From the IMG/VR virus record IMGVR_UViG_3300033121_000786, positions 45,841-109,840 of that record: 64,000 bases of DNA; one strand, given 5' to 3'. The notes under the pieces were generated by a model, which searched no databases, was not told the origin of the DNA, and saw only the letters and a program-made list of their open reading frames with translations. Source of the stretch: a virus (lineage: Duplodnaviria > Caudoviricetes). A program made the position numbers and the translations under genes. Below are positions 1 through 8,328 of this stretch, piece by piece; the stretch's first letter is position 1, and the number at the start of each line of letters is the position of its first letter.

Positions 1-1314
1 TGGTCCTCTATCCCTTGCAATATTTGCAATTGCTTTATGTGATAATTTATCACCAAATTTAGTCAGTAATGTTCTATCTAATTCTGGCGACTTTTCACTA
101 ATCTCATCCAAAAGGGGTTCTGTCACTTTATCTTTATGATGTGATAATATCTTTTCATGTGTTGATGGGTTTATTTCCGCAATCCTGTGTAATATGCTTG
201 GGTTTGTATCATATTCTTTTGGATTATCTAATATTCTATGATGTAAATCAGGATTATTATATAACAAATCTTTAATTATATATAATGGTGTTTTAGGATT
301 ATTAATTATTGCTTTATCATGACTTTCATCATGATAACCATTTAATCTAGCTCTTCTAAAATCATCTGAAGATAATGCTCCATTCTTAATTTTATTTTCA
401 TATTTCTGCTTATGAATCTGTTTTTCTTCATCAGTTAATGGTGCAGAAATTCGCTTATCTTTTTCTGAATGATCATCTTGATATACGGATGGATCAAGTT
501 TATATTCTTCGCCTTTTTTTAAAGGAAAATTTTCTTCTGCCCATTTTGAAACAGAATTATGAAAAGTTCTATGCACATCATCTTCACCGTAATGCTTTGG
601 CGCAGGACGTAATACCCGATGACCAGAAGTTGTTGAAATAAAAGGTTGTAAAGCAATTCTTGCTGTTGCTGTTTTAGGATTATTTGGATCAGTTTCATCT
701 TTGTGTACATTATATGCTACAGCACCACCATTTTCTACATCAGCATCAAGATTTGATGCAGCATGATCACAAGCACCAAATTTAGCACAACTTCGCCAAG
801 GTTTTAGATGTGAACTTTTTCCTTGTATAGCATAAGGATGATTACTAACAATAATCTTTCTATCAGAATCCGGTTTTAATGGTTTTCCGACCCAACGAGT
901 TTGTTTGTCTGATGCATTTCTTCTATAAGTTTCTGGATCGTAATCATCAACAGAATCATTTGCTTGATTTTGTGCATCATTATAATCCTTTAATAATTTA
1001 GGATCACTTTTAATAACAGAAATTAAAGGTTTTTTAAATCCAGGTCTTGATATCCCATTTGGATCAGTATAATCTGGTGATTGTATTGTTTTATGATCAA
1101 CTTGTTTCCAATGACCATGTATAGATGGATTCTTCTTTAAATGATTATCAATTCTATCTTGTAAAATATTTTTAATTGGAATCTCTGACCAACCCGTTTC
1201 TTTTGGAATTACATGAGAATGAAAATCATTATCCGGTGTTAATCGTTTTTTATTAACAATTTTTTGTTCTGTTGGTGTTAAATATTCCCGAATAAATGAT
1301 TTAAAATTTAACAT
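1..1314 (-). CDS. His-rich late protein with capsid-targeting-like N-terminus (putative internal head/ejected protein); 3' end runs off the window
   Basis: Not in the ORF track because it is truncated. ATG at 1314-1312 reads MLNFKSFIREYLTPTEQK... with an open frame to base 1. N-terminus resembles the T4 internal-protein CTS (MKTYQEFIAE); late promoter just upstream. Confidence 0.75.
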   Translation of the reverse strand, partial: MLNFKSFIREYLTPTEQKIVNKKRLTPDNDFHSHVIPKETGWSEIPIKNILQDRIDNHLKKNPSIHGHWKQVDHKTIQSPDYTDPNGISRPGFKKPLISVIKSDPKLLKDYNDAQNQANDSVDDYDPETYRRNASDKQTRWVGKPLKPDSDRKIIVSNHPYAIQGKSSHLKPWRSCAKFGACDHAASNLDADVENGGAVAYNVHKDETDPNNPKTATARIALQPFISTTSGHRVLRPAPKHYGEDDVHRTFHNSVSKWAEENFPLKKGEEYKLDPSVYQDDHSEKDKRISAPLTDEEKQIHKQKYENKIKNGALSSDDFRRARLNGYHDESHDKAIINNPKTPLYIIKDLLYNNPDLHHRILDNPKEYDTNPSILHRIAEINPSTHEKILSHHKDKVTEPLLDEISEKSPELDRTLLTKFGDKLSHKAIANIARDRGP

Positions 1315-1345
1315 ATAATATCTCTAAAATAACGGTTACTTCTAA

Positions 1346-1353
1346 TATTTATA
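1346..1353 (-). promoter_or_regulatory. T4-type late promoter TATAAATA
   Basis: Exact TATAAATA on the minus strand ~30 nt upstream of the ATG at 1314; gp55 is encoded in the window. Confidence 0.7.
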
Positions 1354-1459
1354 ATTTATATAGTTTGCTTGATAATCAAAAAAAATAGATTTAATGGTAT
1401 ACTACATAACCAATAGTATATTCTATAGAATTTTGAGATTTTAATAATAAGTTTCGTTT

Positions 1460-1732
1460 TCAATGTGTATCCGGATAATTCCAATAAGGGATTCTTTTGT
1501 GATGATACATTTCATATTTATTATGGAAATGTCTATCATAAAATTGATAAGGATAATATGGTCTATTTATTGGTGGCGGAGGTAGATTATAACCATAATA
1601 CGGATTAAATGGTCTATATATCATAGGTGGTCCTATATATGGTCTATAAATTGGTGGTGGAGCATAATTATAATAATCATGAGCAAAAGAATTACTTATG
1701 ATCATAAAATATACTATTAATATTTTTAACAT
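1460..1732 (-). CDS. Small exported Pro/Tyr-rich protein
   Basis: Signal-peptide-like N-terminus ending SNSFA, followed by low-complexity YRPY/PPP segments. Confidence 0.6.
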   Translation of the reverse strand: MLKILIVYFMIISNSFAHDYYNYAPPPIYRPYIGPPMIYRPFNPYYGYNLPPPPINRPYYPYQFYDRHFHNKYEMYHHKRIPYWNYPDTH

Positions 1733-1736
1733 TTAA

Positions 1737-2594
1737 TTACCTTTTATTATTTTTTGATATCATTCCTTGAAATGCAACAACAAAACCAATATTATTATAT
1801 GATACATATTCATTATTTAATATTTCATATAATTTTTGTTGGAAGTCATTTGTTGAAAATTTAAATTTTTTTAATCCCCAATTAAATAACTTTATTGCAT
1901 CATTAAAATCTACTTGGATCAAAAAATCATCTACATAAATTTTATTACTGAATAATAATTCTTGAACACGTTTTGTCGTTGAAGGAACTTCTTTAGTTTC
2001 TTGAGTTTTCTTTACAAAACCAAATACTTTAATTATTTGTTTAGCAACGGCTAAAACGGTAACTATATCCATATAAAGATCATTATTTTTATAGTTATAA
2101 TAATTACTTAATGTATTTTGTACATTATATACATCTTCATATGCCTTAATACGTTCTGTTGGATCAACACCAAAAAACTTTGATAAACAATTTCTTCCTA
2201 TTTGTTTAAATTCGTTTTTATCATTTTTAAATATAAATGTATCAGTTCTATATCTATTTATTAAACAATGATCACAAAATGAATTTTTTGTATAATATAC
2301 ATCAGGAATAGTCATTTCTGGAGTTATTTTAATTAAATTTGTTGTTCCATGATGTATAGAACCACAAAATTGATAATTGTCAATTATAATAGTTTTATGT
2401 GATAAAGTTAATCTTATTGTTTCCAAATAAGCATCAAATTGATTATTAATATTATATTTTTTATAATAAGAATTTGATCTAGTTATTTTTACAATTGGAA
2501 AATTAAGATTTTTAATTTTAGTGTTTAATGATTCTAATTTAGATAAAGTATCATTAAGTTGTAATAATGGTAATTCAAATGATAATGTAGTCAT
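1737..2594 (-). CDS. Hypothetical phage protein with probable Zn-binding motif
   Basis: 285 aa; CDHC...R...QIGRNC motif; sigma70-like promoter upstream. Confidence 0.65.
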   Translation of the reverse strand: MTTLSFELPLLQLNDTLSKLESLNTKIKNLNFPIVKITRSNSYYKKYNINNQFDAYLETIRLTLSHKTIIIDNYQFCGSIHHGTTNLIKITPEMTIPDVYYTKNSFCDHCLINRYRTDTFIFKNDKNEFKQIGRNCLSKFFGVDPTERIKAYEDVYNVQNTLSNYYNYKNNDLYMDIVTVLAVAKQIIKVFGFVKKTQETKEVPSTTKRVQELLFSNKIYVDDFLIQVDFNDAIKLFNWGLKKFKFSTNDFQQKLYEILNNEYVSYNNIGFVVAFQGMISKNNKR

Positions 2595-2607
2595 AATATT
2601 ATGGTTA

Positions 2608-2653
2608 AATTTAACGAACGAAGTGAGTTAAATTGTTTTTGCGGAGCAAAAAC
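2608..2653 (+). repeat. Hairpin pair A+B (tandem-GA hairpin and GNA-triloop hairpin)
   Basis: AATTTAAC-GA-AC-GAA-GT-GA-GTTAAATT (2608-2634) directly followed by GTTTTTGC-GGA-GCAAAAAC (2635-2653). Confidence 0.8.
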
Positions 2654-2664
2654 TACTTTAATAC

Positions 2665-2693
2665 ATAATATCATCTTTAGTGTAAATTAGCAA
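2665..2693 (-). promoter_or_regulatory. sigma70-like promoter for the leftward genes
   Basis: TTGCTA-N17-TATTAT on the minus strand. Confidence 0.5.
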
Positions 2694-2776
2694 TTATTTT
2701 TTTTTATATTAAAATTAATAATTTTTTTAAAAATTTTTTGGCTTAGCCAGCTTAAGCTAGCTTAATTTTACTTTGA

Positions 2777-2823
2777 ATTTTTGCTTCGCAAAAATGCTTG
2801 AACTCGCTTTGCTCGTTCAAGCA
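2777..2823 (-). repeat. Hairpin pair A'+B' (mirror counterpart of 2608-2653)
   Basis: Minus strand reads TGCTTGAAC-GA-GC-AAA-GC-GA-GTTCAAGCA then ATTTTTGC-GAA-GCAAAAAT. Confidence 0.8.
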
Positions 2824-2829
2824 GTTTCG

Positions 2830-3255
2830 GTTTTTTTGATCAATTTTTGATTTTAGGAATTCTTAAAATACTTCAAGTGACAAATTTCAGACAAGCAATT
2901 GCCTTCGGTAAAGAAGGACAATTCTTGAAAGAAATAAATTTCAGACATTTTGTGCAGTAACCCATTAGGGTAAGATGGGAAGAGTTGATTCACCTTTTAC
3001 ACTGTAATTGCCTAGTCAATCGTAACACTTCATGACTACCTCTTCGGCATGTTCCTTTACCCACAAAATAGCAAAAGAACAACACTTGTTATCAGTTAGG
3101 ACAGAGCAAGTCTCTACTTTTAGAAGGTTTCTATATAAACCAACAAACAGATTAGTTTTCTTCTAACAAAACTAATAAACCTTATCCCCGCAGAGCAGTC
3201 ATAATAACCTGACTGATTACAGTTGATACACAACTATAGGATTATTTAAACTCAT
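2830..3255 (-). ncRNA. Putative large structured non-coding RNA (family not recognised)
   Basis: ORF-free and GC-richer than its flanks. Many stems need G-U pairs on the minus strand; long-range closing helix 3001-3008/3217-3224; own promoter at 3260-3290. Ends are approximate. Confidence 0.6.
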
Positions 3256-3259
3256 TGAT

Positions 3260-3290
3260 TATTTATACCAGATTAAATTTGATTTGTCAA
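3260..3290 (-). promoter_or_regulatory. Overlapping sigma70 and late promoter firing into the non-coding region
   Basis: TTGACA-N17-TATAAA on the minus strand; the -10 extends to the late consensus TATAAATA. Confidence 0.75.
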
Positions 3291-3337
3291 GTTTTTTTCA
3301 CATAAATATTAAAAAAATAAGTAATTCGGAAGATATT

Positions 3338-3721
3338 ATGAATGTAAAAATAGTTAGATTAAATTATGGTGATGACATTATTGGTGAAGTAGATTTTCAG
3401 TCTGATGTAATAGTTATTGATAATCCAATGTCAATAAGTATAGATGTTGATCGTAAAAATAACATACCTTTTCTTAAAATGAAACCTTGGTTGCCGGTTT
3501 ATTTAGTTAGTGATGAAAGTGTAACATTTAATTATTCAGATATATTATCAGTTTTTGAACCAAAATCTGAAATTGTTGAATTTTACTTACAATTTATCTC
3601 ACGATCAACTGAATCTTCAAAAGAAATTTGCAAAAGTTCAATGCCAAAAGAAGATGAAAATTTTGATTCAAATGTTCTCCTTGAATGTATTTTAGCAAAA
3701 GTAGAAAATAAAATTCATTAA
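3338..3721 (+). CDS. Conserved small T4-like protein (probable Sm-like beta-barrel), paralog of 18240-18548
   Basis: MNVKIVRLNYGDDIIGEV...NPM pattern, typical of the gene preceding gp55 in T4-like phages. ATG 3338 preferred over TTG 3284. Confidence 0.6.
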   Translation: MNVKIVRLNYGDDIIGEVDFQSDVIVIDNPMSISIDVDRKNNIPFLKMKPWLPVYLVSDESVTFNYSDILSVFEPKSEIVEFYLQFISRSTESSKEICKSSMPKEDENFDSNVLLECILAKVENKIH

Positions 3722-3725
3722 TCAC

Positions 3726-3754
3726 TTTACTTTTGTTATTGATTTTGTTATACT
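3726..3754 (+). promoter_or_regulatory. sigma70-like promoter for gp55
   Basis: TTTACT-N17-TATACT with TGn extended -10. Confidence 0.55.
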
Positions 3755-3783
3755 TCATTGTGAGATATTTAATGGAGAAAACA

Positions 3784-4785
3784 ATGGAAGAAAAATTACC
3801 CTATAATTATTATATTGACAACGAAAAATTTCTTGAGAGTCTAATTGATCATAAGAAAAATGTTGAACATGCCAAATTAAATAATTTACCAAAACCAAAG
3901 ATTCCAAATTATATTGGAGAATGTTTTATAAAAATTGCAACTAATTTAGCGAAACGACCCAACTTCTATCTTTATTGTGTTGATGACCAAACAGAAGCTT
4001 TGACGCAAAGAGGATGGTTAAAATATAATGAAATTAATTTAACAGATACCATTTTAAGTGTTGATCCAAACGATCAAGATTTTAATTTGAAATGGTCTAA
4101 CGTCTTGGATGTTTACAGAAATGAAACTTATTCTGGTAAATGTTATAATATAAAAGGAGAAATTGATGCATTAGTAACTCCAGGTCATAAGTGGTTGACT
4201 CTTAATAGAGGATTGGTTAAAGTTGAAGATTTGGAAGATAATGATGTGATAGTAGTAAATACTACCAAATCAAAATCTTCTGCTTTATCTTGTTTAGTTG
4301 GTGATTTAAATATTTCTGTTGTGGATTATTCGGGTGTTGTTTGGTGTCCTTCTACGGAATTTGGGACTTTTATGGCAAGAAGAAATGGTAAAATTTATAT
4401 TACCGGAAATTCATATAAAGATGAGATGATTGCTGATGCTATTGAAAATCTGTGTACTTATCTTGATAATTTTGATCCTGAATTAGCTTCTAAAAATCCA
4501 TTTGGATATTTTACAAAGATTAGTTGGTATGCGTTTGTTAGACGACTTGCTAAAGAAAAAAAACAACAATATATTAAATATAAAGCAACCGAAACGTTTG
4601 GAACATATAACGATGAAGAATTATTAGAATTAGAAGATGGATCAATTGCACAAATTCAAATCTATGATAACCTATATGAATTTATTGAAAAATATGAAGA
4701 TTCTTTACGCGAGAAGAAAGAATTAACATCAAAGAAAAAAGGAATTGAAAATTTTTTACTTGATGACTCAGAGGAACTAATATAA
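3784..4785 (+). CDS. 55: Late-transcription sigma factor gp55 containing a mini-intein
   Basis: YIDNEKF...YIGECFIKIATNLAKRPNF..Y|intein|SYKDEMIADAIEN...FDP...NPFGYFTKI...AFVRR matches gp55. Start may be 3772 or 3784. Confidence 0.93.
   Translation: MEEKLPYNYYIDNEKFLESLIDHKKNVEHAKLNNLPKPKIPNYIGECFIKIATNLAKRPNFYLYCVDDQTEALTQRGWLKYNEINLTDTILSVDPNDQDFNLKWSNVLDVYRNETYSGKCYNIKGEIDALVTPGHKWLTLNRGLVKVEDLEDNDVIVVNTTKSKSSALSCLVGDLNISVVDYSGVVWCPSTEFGTFMARRNGKIYITGNSYKDEMIADAIENLCTYLDNFDPELASKNPFGYFTKISWYAFVRRLAKEKKQQYIKYKATETFGTYNDEELLELEDGSIAQIQIYDNLYEFIEKYEDSLREKKELTSKKKGIENFLLDDSEELI
3976..4410 (+). mobile_element. Mini-intein (145 aa, no endonuclease) in gp55
   Basis: Block A CVDDQTEALTQRGW, block B VTPGHKW, blocks F/G VWCPSTEFGTFMARRNGKIYITGN followed by Ser+1. 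Confidence 0.92.
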
Positions 4786-4997
4786 TGAAACATTTCTTTA
4801 AATTTCTTTTTTTTATTTTACTTAATATAGTATTTTCTATGGGAATAGGATTAAATATAACTATATTAACAAAATCTAATGCTCTTGGACAAGTGATTGC
4901 AGCATTTTTAATTTTTATTGTTTCTTTATTCATTTGCAGAGATTATTATCCAAATGGGTTTAGTTCGGAAACAGAAAAAGACGATAAAGATGAATAA
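4785..4997 (+). CDS. Small two-TM membrane protein
   Basis: Two hydrophobic stretches; overlaps the gp55 stop and the gp47 start. Confidence 0.55.
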   Translation: MKHFFKFLFFILLNIVFSMGIGLNITILTKSNALGQVIAAFLIFIVSLFICRDYYPNGFSSETEKDDKDE

Positions 4998-6018
4998 AAT
5001 TGCAATTCTTGGTGATTGTCATTTTGGAATAAAACAAAATTCAAGATGTTTCAATACTTTTTTTGAGAAATTTTATTCAAATATTTTTTTTCCTTATCTT
5101 CAAGAACATAATATAAAAACAATAGTTCAATTAGGAGATTTATTTGATAATAGAAAATCTATGAATTATAATGATCTATATCATTGTAAAAAATATTTTT
5201 TTGATAAATTAGAAGAAAATGATATTCATATGATTACTTTAATAGGTAATCATGATTCATATTACAGGAATACAATACAAATTAATTCTCCAAGTGTAAT
5301 ATTAAATAATTATAAACATATTACTATCATTGATAAACCTCAAAAAGTTTTATTGAATGATAATAAAGTTTTAATGATTCCCTGGATTTGTAGTGAAAAT
5401 GAATCCGAATGTATGAATTTTATACAAAACAATGATACTAATTTTTGTTTTGGCCATTTTGAAATAAAAAATTTCTCAATGTATAAAGGAGTCGAGAATT
5501 ATGATGGATTAAATGTATCAATTTTCTCTAAATTTGAATTTGTATTCAGTGGACACTTTCATACAAGAAGTTATAGAGATAATATTTATTATCTAGGAAC
5601 TCCGGCTGAACACACATGGAATGATTATAATGATCAGAAGGGATTTCATGTATTTGATTTTGAATCTAGGAAATTAGATTTTATTGAAAATCCATTTTGC
5701 ATGTTTCATAAAATATATTTTAATGAAAATATACATGATTTATCTTTAGAACAGTATAAAGATACTGTAATAAAAATTCAGACAAAAAAATGTGATGAAT
5801 CATTTGAATTATTTTTAGATAAACTTACTTTAGTAAATCCATTTGAAATTATTGTTATTGAAGAACAAGAATCTTTTGATAATGATAGTAATATTGATGA
5901 AATGAAAGATACCTTAACTTATATGAATGAATATATAGATGGAATAACGATCCCTGATGTAGAACCAGAAATCTTAAAAAAATTAATGTTGAACATTTAT
6001 TCAAGTGCTTTAGAATGA
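4990..6018 (+). CDS. 47: Recombination nuclease gp47 (Mre11/SbcD-like)
   Basis: GDCHFG, GDLFD, GNHD, GHF and SGHFH metallophosphoesterase motifs; adjacent to gp46. Confidence 0.95.
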   Translation: MNKIAILGDCHFGIKQNSRCFNTFFEKFYSNIFFPYLQEHNIKTIVQLGDLFDNRKSMNYNDLYHCKKYFFDKLEENDIHMITLIGNHDSYYRNTIQINSPSVILNNYKHITIIDKPQKVLLNDNKVLMIPWICSENESECMNFIQNNDTNFCFGHFEIKNFSMYKGVENYDGLNVSIFSKFEFVFSGHFHTRSYRDNIYYLGTPAEHTWNDYNDQKGFHVFDFESRKLDFIENPFCMFHKIYFNENIHDLSLEQYKDTVIKIQTKKCDESFELFLDKLTLVNPFEIIVIEEQESFDNDSNIDEMKDTLTYMNEYIDGITIPDVEPEILKKLMLNIYSSALE

Positions 6019-7739
6019 AAATACTTTTTACTAAATTACGATATAAAAATTTTTTATCAATTGGCAAAAATTTTGTAGAAATTGATTTAAATACATCTAA
6101 AAGAACATTAATCTTTGGTAAAAATGGTAAAGGGAAAAGTACGATTTTAGATGCATTAGTTTTTTCTTTGTTTGGAAAACCATTCAGAAATATTAATAAA
6201 CCTACTGTTGTTAACTCAATAAACAAAAGTAATTGTGTTACTGAAATAGAATTTGTGATTGGAGAAAATTACTATAAAATAATAAGAGGACTTAAACCAA
6301 CAATATTTGAAATATACAAGAACGGGGAATTAATTAAACAAAATGCAACAGTAAAAGAGTATCAAATATTATTAGAAGAAACAATACTAAAAACAAATTA
6401 TAAGTCATTTATTCAAATTGTTATTTTAGGTAGTGCTAATTACATACCATTCATGCAATTGACAGCATCTGAACGACGATTCATCGTTGAAGATTTATTA
6501 GATATTCAAGTTTTTTCAACAATGAATATCATTGCAAAAGATAGATTATCAATCCTAAAGTCTGAAATAGATAAACTTAAATTTGATATAACAATAACAC
6601 AATCTACAATAGATAATAAAAAACAGTTTTTAACTACTATTAAAGATAATTCTAATACTCAATTAATATCATTAGAAAACGATATTAATGATTTCAATGA
6701 TAAGATAACATTCATAAAACAAGAAATTTCAAGTCTTGAATTGGAGATAATTAATCATACTCAATCAATTATTAATAAAATTGAGATTGAAAATCAAAAA
6801 CAAAGATTATTAACAATGGAGACAAAAGGTGAAGGATTTTTAAATAAAATAAATAAACACATTAATTTTTATGAAAATTATGATGAATGTCCTACCTGTA
6901 AGCAATCTATTGATTTAAAATTTAAGAATGAAAAAATAGATCATCACCTAAAACGAAAATCTATTATTGAGAATGGATTAAAAAAAGTAAAAAAAGATTT
7001 AAAAGACAATCTGTTAGTAATGGAAAATATTACTAACATTTCTAAGGAGATGTTAATTAAAGAAAAAAAGATAACTGAATTGCAAACTACGATAAATAGA
7101 TATACTGATTTTATTGAAAATTTAAATAATAAAGTTAATGAGATTAAAAATCTTGAAACGAATACTTTTGAACTAGAATCACAAGAATTATTATTATTAA
7201 CAAATAAATACAATGATCAACTTTTAACAAAAGAATCTTTATTACAACAAAAACGATATTTAGAAGTTGCATTATCTTTATTAAAAGACAATGGAATAAA
7301 GGTAAAATTAATTAAAAAATATTTACCTGTATTAAATCAGTTAATCAATAAGTATCTTTCTAGTTTAAATTTATCAATTAATTTTAATATTAATGAACAA
7401 TTTGGAGAAATAATTAAGAGTCGAGGAAGGGATGAATTTTCATATTACAATTTTAGTGAAGGACAAAAACTAAAAATTGATATAAGTTTATTATTAGCAT
7501 TTAGGGAAATTGCAAAGAAAAAAAATAGTATTAATTGTAATTTATTAATTATGGATGAAATTTTAGATAGTTCATTAGATTCAGATGGTATTCAAGATTT
7601 TTTTGAATTATTAAATACTATTGGTGATAAGACTAATGTGTTTATTATTTCACATAGAACAGAAGAAATACAAGAAAAATTTGATAGATTGATTAAATTT
7701 GATATGAATAAAAATTTTACAAAAATGAAGGTAATTTAA
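6015..7739 (+). CDS. 46: Recombination ATPase gp46 (Rad50/SbcC-like)
   Basis: Walker A GKNGKGKST, CPTC hook, FSEGQ signature, MDEILD Walker B. Confidence 0.96.
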   Translation: MKILFTKLRYKNFLSIGKNFVEIDLNTSKRTLIFGKNGKGKSTILDALVFSLFGKPFRNINKPTVVNSINKSNCVTEIEFVIGENYYKIIRGLKPTIFEIYKNGELIKQNATVKEYQILLEETILKTNYKSFIQIVILGSANYIPFMQLTASERRFIVEDLLDIQVFSTMNIIAKDRLSILKSEIDKLKFDITITQSTIDNKKQFLTTIKDNSNTQLISLENDINDFNDKITFIKQEISSLELEIINHTQSIINKIEIENQKQRLLTMETKGEGFLNKINKHINFYENYDECPTCKQSIDLKFKNEKIDHHLKRKSIIENGLKKVKKDLKDNLLVMENITNISKEMLIKEKKITELQTTINRYTDFIENLNNKVNEIKNLETNTFELESQELLLLTNKYNDQLLTKESLLQQKRYLEVALSLLKDNGIKVKLIKKYLPVLNQLINKYLSSLNLSINFNINEQFGEIIKSRGRDEFSYYNFSEGQKLKIDISLLLAFREIAKKKNSINCNLLIMDEILDSSLDSDGIQDFFELLNTIGDKTNVFIISHRTEEIQEKFDRLIKFDMNKNFTKMKVI

Positions 7740-8326
7740 TGGAAAATCTTATAATTGATACAAATAAATTTGGAACAGATATCAAAGAACATTATGAACC
7801 ATATGAATTAGTCTCTGAGACTAATCCAATCTTATATAAAGTTATGCCAATGTTTAATTTTAATTCTGATATTGATATTGTTCCTGTTATTAATCGAATG
7901 AAAGAAACGGCAATTTTACATAGAGCATTGGGGTTAGCTGCTCCGCAAGTTGGTTTAGAATATAATTTATTTATAATGGGAGCAGAAAAGGAATTTTTTC
8001 CTTGTATTAACCCTACTTATGAACTTATAAATTCTGACATTGTTCATATGACTGAATTTTGTCTTTCTTTTCCTTTCCTTGAGTTAAATATTTCTCGTCC
8101 AGAAAGTATCAAAGCAACCTATCAAGATGAAACTGGTAAAGAAATAACTAGAATTTTTTCTGGTATTTCTGCAAGAACTTTTCAACACGAAAGTCAACAT
8201 TTACTTGGAATAACATTTCAAAAAATGACAAAACCAATTGCATTAAAAAATGGATTAAAAAAACGAGAAAAACATATGAAACAACTTGCAAGACAATTAG
8301 TCGGAAATAAAATTAAAAGAGGATAA
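7739..8326 (+). CDS. def: Peptide deformylase-like protein
   Basis: GLAAPQVG, EFCLS and QHESQHLLG correspond to the three PDF motifs, with substitutions. Confidence 0.8.
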   Translation: MENLIIDTNKFGTDIKEHYEPYELVSETNPILYKVMPMFNFNSDIDIVPVINRMKETAILHRALGLAAPQVGLEYNLFIMGAEKEFFPCINPTYELINSDIVHMTEFCLSFPFLELNISRPESIKATYQDETGKEITRIFSGISARTFQHESQHLLGITFQKMTKPIALKNGLKKREKHMKQLARQLVGNKIKRG

Positions 8327-8328
8327 TT

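Noticed and set aside
438-710. Two short ORFs (438-641 +, 519-710 -)
   Set aside because: Shadows of the long minus-strand frame 1314 to <1.
2830-3255. Reading the structured region as a group I/II intron or an IscB/TnpB guide RNA
   Set aside because: No flanking exons, no P7 or domain V motif recognised, and no adjacent IscB, TnpB or reverse transcriptase gene.
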